From contig DAITOK010000002.1 of the NCBI GenBank assembly GCA_036834125.1, positions 49,382 through 113,381 of the forward strand: a DNA stretch of 64,000 nucleotides. Direction: 5' to 3'. The stretch's first letter is position 1, and each line of letters opens with the position of its first letter. Shown piece by piece: positions 19,035-28,033 of the stretch. The translations under genes were made by a program, and so were the position numbers. The stretch comes from Chloroflexota bacterium (GTDB taxonomy: Bacteria; Chloroflexota; Dehalococcoidia; GIF9; AB-539-J10). The notes beneath the pieces are model-generated. The model did not search any database and was not told the origin of the DNA. It saw only the letters and a program-made list of their open reading frames with translations.

Positions 19035-19748
19035 TTATTGAGACCATATACCGGTAGGGACAACTGGTGGTAATGGTGGTGGCATATAATGGAACCTTAT
19101 TATAACCCCTCTCCCGTATACATTTGTGGCCATTATAGTCGACGCCATCCCCGCTAAGGCAATACAAACTACTTTGGAAACTACTGGATCTGGAATAATC
19201 AAGGCTATTGCTGAACCAAAGTATAAGCCCGCACAAATCCTAATACAGAGGGCATTATCCAAATAAAGATGAAACCCCCACCAGTGCCATACAACTTTAG
19301 TTACACCTGAATAGGATAAGGTTTGAACCCCTTCTACCAAGTAAACGGCATTGCCTTCAGCTATTAATTGCTGCCCCGGTTCCAAGTATTGATTGCAATC
19401 TTCTAGGTATTTCTCTGTAACAGTAAGTGTAAAGTCGGGATTGGCTACCATGTATCCACTATCAATCATCGAGTTTGTTTGTTCCAGTCCTGCCAATAAT
19501 GATTGATGTACTTCGCTGTTAATACTTTTGACTACCCCCTTCGGTGCATTCAACACGATATTGCCGGTCTCTGAGATTGATAAATAACGTTCCAGCTTGT
19601 TTATGGCGCTGGTGTATTCACGTTCAATCCTGGAACCGGGCAGAGGATTATCAGGTTGTTTTGCAGCAAGCGCCGGCTGTGCGACCAAAGCCATCGCAAC
19701 AATAACCATTAACATAATAGTTAGAACTCTTAGGCACGGTTTCCTCAT
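19035..19748 (-). CDS. Secreted protein, candidate large non-lytic bacteriocin/toxin
   Basis: Sec signal MRKPCLRVLTIMLMVIVAMALVAQPALA; acidic N-domain; C-domain VVWHWWGFHLYL followed by a hydrophobic hairpin with Cys. Start 19748 (alternative 19766). Confidence 0.7.
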   Translation of the reverse strand: MRKPCLRVLTIMLMVIVAMALVAQPALAAKQPDNPLPGSRIEREYTSAINKLERYLSISETGNIVLNAPKGVVKSINSEVHQSLLAGLEQTNSMIDSGYMVANPDFTLTVTEKYLEDCNQYLEPGQQLIAEGNAVYLVEGVQTLSYSGVTKVVWHWWGFHLYLDNALCIRICAGLYFGSAIALIIPDPVVSKVVCIALAGMASTIMATNVYGRGVIIRFHYMPPPLPPVVPTGIWSQ

Positions 19749-19905
19749 TTCTTTTAATCCTTTCATTATTTGTTTTAATTAGTCTTCCACTCCAAGCCAT
19801 CGCCTCCTTTTTTTGCCTCAGATATTTGTAATAACTATTGGAGTTAATTGTGATTGTATCAACCATATAAGAATAACACTTTTGAGCAGCAATGTCCATA
19901 CCTCG

Positions 19906-19950
19906 TATTAATTAATTAATATGTAACTATACTCAACCATACTTAACTAT
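19906..19950. promoter_or_regulatory. 16-bp palindrome TATTAATTAATTAATA plus three phased 10-mer repeats
   Basis: Palindrome at 19906-19921; ATGTAACTAT/ACTCAACCAT/ACTTAACTAT at 19921-19950. Confidence 0.45.
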
Positions 19951-20304
19951 GTTATGGATATACGATTTTACTGGCTCGGCCAAGAGTAAGATTGATTTAA
20001 CCCGCTTTAGTCTTCCGGTATAAGCATACTTGGTCAAATAGCCTGATAAAGCTAGTAAACGGCGATTTCCATAAATCTCAGGTTAATGCTAAACCAAGGG
20101 GCTGAAAGCAACAAAAATTCAAAGTTCATCATTGAAGCTGGGCACAGCTTAGTGTAGAATAGGCTAAGTTATTCGAAGAATGTTGCCTTTTTGTTGGAAA
20201 GCCCAAGAAGCGAGCTCGGTTTCAAGACGGGCTTGGCTTACCACCAAAATCAAAAGATTTTGGTGAACGTGAAAGTTCTACGAATTTTGGAGAGTGATCG
20301 AGAA

Positions 20305-21549
20305 ATGACAAACCAAAAATGTAAGGGAATGCGAGATTTGCTTCCTGAGGATATGCTGCGCTTTCGCTGTATTGAAGATGTTTTCCGTAGCTGTTGTCGT
20401 AGCTGGGGCTATCAGGAGGTAAAAACACCCACCCTGGAATTTCTTTACCTGTTTACAGCTGCAGGCACGCTGACGCCGGGTATGTTGAGCAAAGTCTATT
20501 CCTTTTTAGATTGGGATGGCTGGAGTGGCGAGCGGGTCGTCCTGAGGCCAGATGGTACTATTCCTGTAGCGAGACTCTACATTGATAATCTGAGTGGACA
20601 GGAGTTAGCCAGGCTTTTCTATGTGACGAATATTTTTGCTTTCGAAGGAACCGGGAAAGAGAACCGGGAGCGCTGGCAATGTGGTGCTGAGTTCTTCGGC
20701 GGTGCCAAATTCGCTGCGGACGTGGAGATAATTCTCTTAGCTAAGGAAATCATTCGCAAGTTGGGCGTCAATAATGTTGAGTTGCAGCTGTCGCATGCTG
20801 GCTTGGTGAGAGCATTGGTCAAAGAGTTGAAGCTTGGCGCTGATGAGGAAGCTGCAGTAACACACAGCGTTTTAGAAGGTGATTGGCGGGCATTGACCAA
20901 AGCAAAGTCTGCCAGTCCCGAATTTAGCAAGCTTCTGGGTGCGCTCTTGAATCTCAAAGGGAGGTCGAGCAATTTTCTGCACAATATCAGAGCTTCGTTT
21001 CCCAAAGCCTCGAATGACTTTAAGTCCAGCGTGGCAGACCTCATAAACGTGACCGCACTACTGGATAGTGTGGATTGTGCTTATGAAATTGATATTGGAA
21101 CGATACACGGCTTTGAATATTACACCGGAGTTTGTTTCCAGTTCCTGGCTACTGGGGAGAAGGTAGGTGGTGGAGGAAGGTATGACAAGCTCGTGCCACT
21201 TATGAACGGGAAAGAAATCCCCGCTTGTGGATTTGCCCTATATGTGGACCCCCTCATGAGAATGCTGCCACCCCAGGAAGAGAAACAGAATGGGCTTGCA
21301 ATCCTAGTTAAAGGTAGAGAGTTGACGCCCGAAACAGTAAGATTAAGTTTTAGGCTAGCGGAATCGCTTCGCAGTGCTGGCTACATCACGGAACTGGATT
21401 TTGCCGACCGCGAAGGATCCAGCTATAGGTGGGTTATTGTAGTTTCAGGCAAAGAACCCTCTCCATTTATGCTTAAGGATTGTCTACAGAAGCGACGGCG
21501 AGAAGTAGCTTCCACCACCGAGGTTCTTAAAGCCCTGAGCGAGGGATGA
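20305..21549 (+). CDS. hisZ: ATP phosphoribosyltransferase regulatory subunit (HisRS-like)
   Basis: KGMRDLLP, LRPDGTIPVAR, EYYTG and GGGRYD motifs; HisRS catalytic Args are replaced (FAFE, VDPL); heads the his operon. Start taken at ATG 20305. Confidence 0.85.
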   Translation: MTNQKCKGMRDLLPEDMLRFRCIEDVFRSCCRSWGYQEVKTPTLEFLYLFTAAGTLTPGMLSKVYSFLDWDGWSGERVVLRPDGTIPVARLYIDNLSGQELARLFYVTNIFAFEGTGKENRERWQCGAEFFGGAKFAADVEIILLAKEIIRKLGVNNVELQLSHAGLVRALVKELKLGADEEAAVTHSVLEGDWRALTKAKSASPEFSKLLGALLNLKGRSSNFLHNIRASFPKASNDFKSSVADLINVTALLDSVDCAYEIDIGTIHGFEYYTGVCFQFLATGEKVGGGGRYDKLVPLMNGKEIPACGFALYVDPLMRMLPPQEEKQNGLAILVKGRELTPETVRLSFRLAESLRSAGYITELDFADREGSSYRWVIVVSGKEPSPFMLKDCLQKRRREVASTTEVLKALSEG

Positions 21550-22985
21550 AGGATTATCAAGACCGCACTATCAAAATTGCCCTTCCCAAGGGCAGATTTC
21601 TGTCGCCTACTGCCAACATGCTTGCTGAGATAGGCTTAGAATTTGAAGGTTATAGCAGCGATGCCAAGCAATATCGCCTTAGCTCGAAAAAACTTTCCAG
21701 CGTTTCTGCCAAGATACTTCAGGAGAAAGATATACCTATACAGGTAGCAGTTGGAAATTACGACCTGGGTATTTGTGGCTTGGATTGGATTGAGGAATTT
21801 GTGGTGAAGTATCCTACCGGTGCCTTAGTAAAGGTATCAAGTCTAAACTATGGTGAAGGGGGTATATATGTCGCTACCAGTTCTCTATCCGGGATAGCCA
21901 ATCTTGCTGACTTATCAACCCAGAGAAGGGATTACCGCATAGTTAGCGAGTATCCTAATCTAGCTGAAGCTTTTGCCTTGAAACGCAGGATTAGAAAATT
22001 CCGGATTTTCCCGGTGTGGGGAGCTGCTGAGGCTTATCCCCCGGAAAACGCTGACTTGGCAGTGTTCTGGGGAAAGGATGGAGCATATGTAGCAGCTCGA
22101 GGCTTACTCCCCCTCAAAAAATTGCTTTCTGTTACTGCCTTTCTGATAGCCAACCGAGAAAGCTTGGAGAGTAAAGACCTTAGCGACATATTAGCATGCT
22201 TTAGCTCACAGCTTACCGTTGACTTGCGGACATCGGAAGAGAATGAGAGTGATATATTTAGAGAGCTGAAGATTTATGACATTCCTTGGTCAGCAAAAGA
22301 AATAAATCTGGCCTTGCCCGATGGGCACCAACAATCGCCGACTGTGCAATTTTTGAAACGAGCCGGGCTCGTATTTGATGGCTATTCTGAAAAAGTAGTG
22401 AGCCGTCGTCCTTCTGCTGAGTTAGAGTGGCTGGGCGTTAAAGTGATCAGACCTCAAGATATGCCTCAACAAGTAGCAAATGGGAATTTTGATTTAGCCA
22501 TAACAGGTGAGGATTGGCTGCTGGATCATCTCTATCGCTTCCCTGCTAGCCCGGTGGAGAAGTTACTTACCCTGGGTTTTGGCACTGTCAAGGTCGTGGC
22601 TGCTGTGAGCCAGGAAATGCCTGTAAACAACATTGATGATTTAAGGGTGCTTATCCAGAAAAACCCTGAGCTAATTAAGTCACCTTTGAAGGTGGCCTCC
22701 GAGTACACAAATATCGCCGATAAGCACCTTAGAGACAATCACATTCACCCCTACAAGTTAATCCCAACCTGGGGGGCAAGCGAGGCATTTTTGCCTGATG
22801 ATGCCGATATGCTCATTGACAACACTCAGACGGGGAAAACTCTCAAACAGCACAAATTAAAGATTATTGATGAAATTTTCCAGTCCTCGGCTTGCCTGAT
22901 TGCTAACAAGAATAGTCTGATGTCTTCGGACAAGAAGGACAAGGTAGAGTTACTGACACAGAAATTGCGAGCAGCCTTAGAATGA
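21546..22985 (+). CDS. hisG: ATP phosphoribosyltransferase with two tandem short-form HisG domains
   Basis: KIALPKG...QEKDIPIQVAVGNYDLGICGLDW, repeated as NLALPDG...RPQDMPQQVANGNFDLAITGEDW...DMLIDNTQTGKTL. Confidence 0.9.
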   Translation: MKDYQDRTIKIALPKGRFLSPTANMLAEIGLEFEGYSSDAKQYRLSSKKLSSVSAKILQEKDIPIQVAVGNYDLGICGLDWIEEFVVKYPTGALVKVSSLNYGEGGIYVATSSLSGIANLADLSTQRRDYRIVSEYPNLAEAFALKRRIRKFRIFPVWGAAEAYPPENADLAVFWGKDGAYVAARGLLPLKKLLSVTAFLIANRESLESKDLSDILACFSSQLTVDLRTSEENESDIFRELKIYDIPWSAKEINLALPDGHQQSPTVQFLKRAGLVFDGYSEKVVSRRPSAELEWLGVKVIRPQDMPQQVANGNFDLAITGEDWLLDHLYRFPASPVEKLLTLGFGTVKVVAAVSQEMPVNNIDDLRVLIQKNPELIKSPLKVASEYTNIADKHLRDNHIHPYKLIPTWGASEAFLPDDADMLIDNTQTGKTLKQHKLKIIDEIFQSSACLIANKNSLMSSDKKDKVELLTQKLRAALE

Positions 22986-23024
22986 CGGTTGGAGGTTGTG
23001 TGGGGGTTGAGGAAGGGGCGAGAT

Positions 23025-24347
23025 ATGAAAAAAGTTAGAGGCTTTAATAAAGCCAAGTGGCTACTAAGAAGGGAGAATTTCTGGGAGTCTTTTGTCACCC
23101 CACCGGGACTAAAAACTCGGATAAAGCAAGTCTTTGGCGAAGAGCTTTCAGTTCAGGAAGTAGTCAACCGTATACTGAATGATGTCCGAGGCAAAGGTGA
23201 CAAAGCTCTTTTGGAGTACACCGAAAAATTGGATGGTGTGCGACTCGGTTTCTTGGAGGTGGATAAGCAAGAAATAACTGCCGCCTATGAACTAGTAGAT
23301 AAGGAAGTCATCGCCGCTCTCAAATTGGCAGCTAACAGAATACGGGATTTTCATGTTGCCTGTGGACGCAAAGCTGGTTTAATTGCCATTGACAGATATC
23401 TAAAACAGCAAAATCGGCCTTTACAAAAGGTTGGCTTATACGTGCCCGGTGGCAATGCTGCCTATCCATCGTCAGTGTTGATGATGGCGATACCAGCAAG
23501 AGTAGCTGGTGTTGAGGAGATTGTCGTGGTTTCTCCAGCGGGCAAGGGTGGTCGCATTCCTGCCCCCACGCTCGTTGCTGCTGACATTGTCAGAGTTGAC
23601 CGTATTTTCAAGCTTGGGGGGGCTCAGGCTATTGCGGCATTGGCTTTTGGGACTGAATCTGTACCCAGGGTAGATAAAATCTGTGGCCCCGGCAACATCT
23701 TTGTGACCTTGGCTAAGAAAATGGTTTATGGCGTGGTGGACATTGATGGTCTGGAAGGACCCAGCGAGATAGTGATTGTTGCTGATGAAAAAGCTGACCC
23801 TACTCTCTGTGCTGCTGACCTCTTAGCCCAGGCTGAACATGATACTCTGGCTGTAGTGGTTTTAATCACCACCTCGGCTGAGGTGGCTGATCGCGTAGAG
23901 AAGGAAATTGAAACACAGCTAGGAAAGTTGAAGCGCTATTCTACAGCTCGAGCGGCTATTGATAGAGGAATGATAGTGCTTGTGGACAACTTGGGTCAGG
24001 CTGTGGAGCTGGTCAACGTTTTCGCACCTGAGCACCTTTCCATTATGACGTCCAATGCCTTGGCTCTAGCTCGCAGAATCTACAATGCTGGCTGTATCTT
24101 TGTCGGCAAGAACTCGCCTGTCGTTCTCGGTGACTATGTAGCTGGTCCCAGCCATGTCCTGCCTACTGGGGGCAACGCTCGTTTTAGCTCCCCGTTGGGC
24201 GTTGCTGATTTCCTCAAAGTTACCAATATTGTCGCTTTAGACAAGCTAACCATGCGAAAACTTGGCCAAGCTGCTATGCTGATAGCTGAAGCTGAGGGGC
24301 TCGATGCTCACGCCCGCGCTGTAGAAATCAGGCTGAAAGCAAAATAA
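23025..24347 (+). CDS. hisD: Histidinol dehydrogenase
   Basis: YVPGG.AAYPSSVLM, GPGNIFV, GPSE, QAEHD, APEHL and GPSHVLPT motifs; start taken at ATG 23025. Confidence 0.97.
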   Translation: MKKVRGFNKAKWLLRRENFWESFVTPPGLKTRIKQVFGEELSVQEVVNRILNDVRGKGDKALLEYTEKLDGVRLGFLEVDKQEITAAYELVDKEVIAALKLAANRIRDFHVACGRKAGLIAIDRYLKQQNRPLQKVGLYVPGGNAAYPSSVLMMAIPARVAGVEEIVVVSPAGKGGRIPAPTLVAADIVRVDRIFKLGGAQAIAALAFGTESVPRVDKICGPGNIFVTLAKKMVYGVVDIDGLEGPSEIVIVADEKADPTLCAADLLAQAEHDTLAVVVLITTSAEVADRVEKEIETQLGKLKRYSTARAAIDRGMIVLVDNLGQAVELVNVFAPEHLSIMTSNALALARRIYNAGCIFVGKNSPVVLGDYVAGPSHVLPTGGNARFSSPLGVADFLKVTNIVALDKLTMRKLGQAAMLIAEAEGLDAHARAVEIRLKAK

Positions 24348-24399
24348 AGGCTCAAATGGCAAAGTATTTGGATTTGTTTAGGATTTAGGATTTTGTATT

Positions 24400-25515
24400 A
24401 TGGACATCAAAAAACTTATCAGACCTGAGCTCATAGCTATGAAGAGCTATACCCCTATTGAGCCGACGGAAGTTCTGAGTCAGGAAGCAGAATTGCCGTC
24501 TGGCAAGATAATAAAGCTCGATGGCAACGAGAATCCTTACGGCTGCTCTCCGAAGGTCTATCAGGCTCTCGCCACTTATCCCTATTATCACAATTATCCC
24601 GACCCTGAGCAAAGAGAGCTGCGAAAAGCTCTGGAGAAATATACAGGCTTAGATCGTGAATACATCGTGTGTGGCACGGGCAGCGATGAGCTTATTGACC
24701 TTATCCTCAGGCTTTTCCTCAATCCCGGAGACGAGGTGATCAATTGTCCGCCCACGTTTGGTATGTATCCCTTTAGCACTGATATTTGTGGAGGACGTCT
24801 TGTGGAGGTGCCCCGGACTGAAGATTTTTCCCTGGATATAACTGGAATGAAACAAGCTTTGACGAAAAGGACCAAGGTTATCTTCGTGGCTTCGCCCAAT
24901 AATCCTACTGGTAATATCGCTAGTGAGAAAGAAATTTTGGAGCTTGTTGACGCCGGAAAGATTGTGGTTGTGGATGAGGCCTATTTTGAATTTAGTAATG
25001 TCACTGTAGCCAACTTGGTGCCGTCTTATCCTAACCTGATAGTATTGCGCACCTTTAGCAAATGGGCAGGATTAGCTGGCTTAAGGATAGGTTACGGCAT
25101 TTTTCCTGTGGACATTGCCGATTATCTCATGAAGATCAAGCAACCTTATAATGCCAGTGCCGCTGCTCAGGCTGCTGTGCTTGCCTCCCTGGCTGATATA
25201 GATTACCTTCGGGCTAACGTGGCTAAGATAATCAGGGAGCGTGCGAGATTATTCGAAAAACTAAAGGAAATAAGGTGGCTCAGCCCTTACCCTTCACAGG
25301 CAAACTTTATCCTCTGTCAAGTCGTTGTAACCCAGAGTGAAACGAAGAAGAAGCAATCTCTAGCCAAAGAAATCTGGCAACAATTACGAAAGAGAGGTAT
25401 TTTTGTTCGCTATTTTGACACGCCATTATTGAAGGATTGTCTGCGGGTGAGCGTGGGCAAGCCCGAAGATACCGATGCCTTGATTGAGGCACTGAAGGAG
25501 GTTAAACATGGCTGA
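24400..25515 (+). CDS. hisC: Histidinol-phosphate aminotransferase
   Basis: LDGNENPY, GSDELI, SPNNPTG, DEAYFEF and RTFSKWAGLAGLRIGY motifs. Confidence 0.96.
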   Translation: MDIKKLIRPELIAMKSYTPIEPTEVLSQEAELPSGKIIKLDGNENPYGCSPKVYQALATYPYYHNYPDPEQRELRKALEKYTGLDREYIVCGTGSDELIDLILRLFLNPGDEVINCPPTFGMYPFSTDICGGRLVEVPRTEDFSLDITGMKQALTKRTKVIFVASPNNPTGNIASEKEILELVDAGKIVVVDEAYFEFSNVTVANLVPSYPNLIVLRTFSKWAGLAGLRIGYGIFPVDIADYLMKIKQPYNASAAAQAAVLASLADIDYLRANVAKIIRERARLFEKLKEIRWLSPYPSQANFILCQVVVTQSETKKKQSLAKEIWQQLRKRGIFVRYFDTPLLKDCLRVSVGKPEDTDALIEALKEVKHG

Positions 25516-26098
25516 AAGGAAAGCAAAAGTAGTTCGTGAGACCGCCGAGACGACCGTCAGAGTGGAACTCAACATTGACGGCAGCGGACAATTTCAAATC
25601 ACCACCGGCCTAAGGATGTTCGACCACCTCCTTAGCCAGCTGGCTCAGCACGGAGTATTTGACATAAAAATCTCAGCCTCGGGTCCCGACCAGCACCACG
25701 TAGTTGAAGATGTGGCTATTTCTTTGGGCAAAGCTCTTAACCAGGCACTGGGGAAAAAGCAGGGCATTATTCGCATGGCACATGCTATCGTGCCTATGGA
25801 TGAAGCTCTGGCAATGGTGGCGGTGGATATCGGGGGCAGGGCCTACAGCACAATCGAGGCGGACTTCAACGAAGCCAGCATCGGCGACCTGGACTCTGAT
25901 TTAGTCCGCCATTTTCTGGTCTCACTTACCTCCGAAGCTAAAATTAACCTCCACGCCAAAGTGCTCAGCGGCATCAATGACCACCACAAAGCCGAAGCGT
26001 TATTCAAAGCTTTGGGGCGCGCCCTCGACTCAGCGACCCGCATTGACGAGCGCATCCTGGGCCGGATTCCCAGCACCAAAGAGGTTATCGAGGGGTAA
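25508..26098 (+). CDS. hisB: Imidazoleglycerol-phosphate dehydratase
   Basis: RETAET, FDHLL, HHVVED, PMDEAL and NDHHKAEALFKA motifs. Confidence 0.97.
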   Translation: MAERKAKVVRETAETTVRVELNIDGSGQFQITTGLRMFDHLLSQLAQHGVFDIKISASGPDQHHVVEDVAISLGKALNQALGKKQGIIRMAHAIVPMDEALAMVAVDIGGRAYSTIEADFNEASIGDLDSDLVRHFLVSLTSEAKINLHAKVLSGINDHHKAEALFKALGRALDSATRIDERILGRIPSTKEVIEG

Positions 26099-26290
26099 AA
26101 GGTTGAGTTGATTTCAAATCCTGCTTGGGGAGGAAGTGTACTATTTTGGCAGTAGACACAAGCGAAATGAGCTGAACTCAGCATAAAACGGGGGTGAAAA
26201 GGTGTCTTGTAGCCGTCAAAGCGACTGTAAGTACACTATAAGAAACACAGAGAGTGCAGAGGTGGCACATATCAACACATATGGGGGACA

Positions 26291-26828
26291 TTGAATGGCA
26301 GTATTGATAGATTGAGCAGATTGGATGACGATTTGTCCAAACTGACGGTCGAAATATTAAGGGAGATAGACGACGAGACTTACAAGCGCTGCAGTAACCA
26401 AAACCGAGGCAGTGGAGGGAGAACAGGAATCGACGTTACCTTGCGTCGTTGCCTGAAAGATAAGCTAGGAATCAAGGTTAAAGAAAGTGGTCATACCCGC
26501 TTACAAGGGGGTATCCCAGTAAAGCACGATGGTCACTTCGTTGTGGGCGGAAAGAATATTTTCATTGAATACAAAGGTTACCCTGAGGAGGGTCACATTC
26601 TTGCCATAATAATGGCAGCCCAATTAATCAAGGAAGGATTGGGCAATAATATCGAATTCTATCTCATCGTGCATAATCACAAAAATCTGGCACGAATGAG
26701 GGGCCGCACGACTTATAGAAGCATATCGCCCAAAATACATAAACGACATCTTCGGCTTGGACTGTCTAGAAGACTTTATCAGGGTGTTAAGGTTACCAAG
26801 CATGACCGGGTCTAGACCTTTCCCGTAA
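26291..26828 (+). pseudogene. PD-(D/E)xK nuclease-like protein with probable +1 frameshift near 26700
   Basis: HDGHF...IFIEYKG motif. The +1 frame after the G4 run (26700-26703) reads AARLIEAYRPKYINDIFGLDCLEDFIRVLRLPSMTGSRPFP* (stop 26826-26828). Confidence 0.5.
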
Positions 26829-27077
26829 TCAGAGTGCTTGGTCGTCTTCTGGGTTCAAGGAGGCTTAAGGTCCGTTACCGTCAAAAGATTTTCTCAATAT
26901 GTGTTCCAGCAAGCCACCAGTGCAATGTCCCGCAGTGAATAATTTGCCGAGAAATATAAAAATGCATCCGGTTGAACGCTAAGCCCGTGGCGAGCAGGTT
27001 AGCTAGGCAGCGGAGACCGTTGTGTTTAAAATATGGCTTTGATTTGTGCCGCAGGAATACGACAACAGAGGTAGCAA

Positions 27078-27962
27078 ATGCCGAAATTGAGTTGGGACGC
27101 CGTTCATATTTGGATGATGGGGCACGGCATCCACATCCTTATCATAGTAGCGGTGGGAGCTGTGCTGTGGCTTATCTTGGATAAGCTTCTACCGCCTATT
27201 GTGCGCCGCAGCGTAGCCCGAACCGAATACAAAGAAAGCAAGGAGGAGATAGAGAAAAGAGCCAATACGCTCTTGACTGTATTCAAGGGGACAGGGCGGG
27301 TATTTATTGCCATAGTGGCTGTGGTGATGATTCTATCTGAGGTAGGAGTGCCCATTGCTCCGATTCTGGGCGGCTTGGGCATCGCTGGTGTAGCCATCGG
27401 TTTCGGCGCTCAGTACTTAATAAGAGATCTCATCGCCGGCACATTCATTATTTTGGAGAACCAGTACAGGGTAGGTGATGTAGTCAGGGTAGGCGATATC
27501 TCAGGTTTGGTTGAAGAGATAACTTTGAGAAAGACTGTACTCCGTGACCTCGATGGCATAGTCCACCATGTTCCCAATGGCGAGGTCAGAGTTGCCAGTA
27601 ACCTCACCAGAAGTTTTGCCAGAGTCAATCTCAACATCTCGGTAGCGTATGAGACTGACCTTGACCACGCCATAAGCGTGATAAACCGAGTAGGTAAGGA
27701 ACTGGCTGAGGACGAAAATTGGCGCAGTGTAATTAAGAGTCCGCCCCAGGTGCTCAGGGTCAATAATTTCGGTGACTCCGGGATGGATATCAAGATTCTG
27801 GGGGATGTTGAGCCGATGCAACAGTGGGCAGTGATGGGCGAATTGAGGCTTCGCCTGAAGAAGGCATTTGATGCCGAAGGTATAGAGATAGCCTGGTCTC
27901 GCACCAAGATTTATTTTGGCAACCCTTTACCAAGCTCTCGTGAGAAAGAAAGGCAGCATTGA
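27078..27962 (+). CDS. mscS: Small-conductance mechanosensitive channel family protein
   Basis: GIAGVAIGFGAQYLIRDLIAG, YRVGDVV, GLVEEITLR and HVPNG motifs. Confidence 0.92.
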   Translation: MPKLSWDAVHIWMMGHGIHILIIVAVGAVLWLILDKLLPPIVRRSVARTEYKESKEEIEKRANTLLTVFKGTGRVFIAIVAVVMILSEVGVPIAPILGGLGIAGVAIGFGAQYLIRDLIAGTFIILENQYRVGDVVRVGDISGLVEEITLRKTVLRDLDGIVHHVPNGEVRVASNLTRSFARVNLNISVAYETDLDHAISVINRVGKELAEDENWRSVIKSPPQVLRVNNFGDSGMDIKILGDVEPMQQWAVMGELRLRLKKAFDAEGIEIAWSRTKIYFGNPLPSSREKERQH

Positions 27963-28033
27963 GAGAACTACTCGCTGCGCCGCTCAAGCGGAAATTCTTT
28001 ATAATTCAGAAAGGGTGAGAAAGGGGAATTTTT

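Noticed and set aside
19035-19748. Link between glutaminyl cyclase and maturation of the toxin-like protein
   Set aside because: The predicted mature N-terminus starts with Ala/Lys, not Gln.
20191-21549. Histidine-tRNA ligase (hisS)
   Set aside because: Motif 2 and motif 3 catalytic arginines are replaced, and the gene heads an operon with short-form HisG, so it is HisZ.
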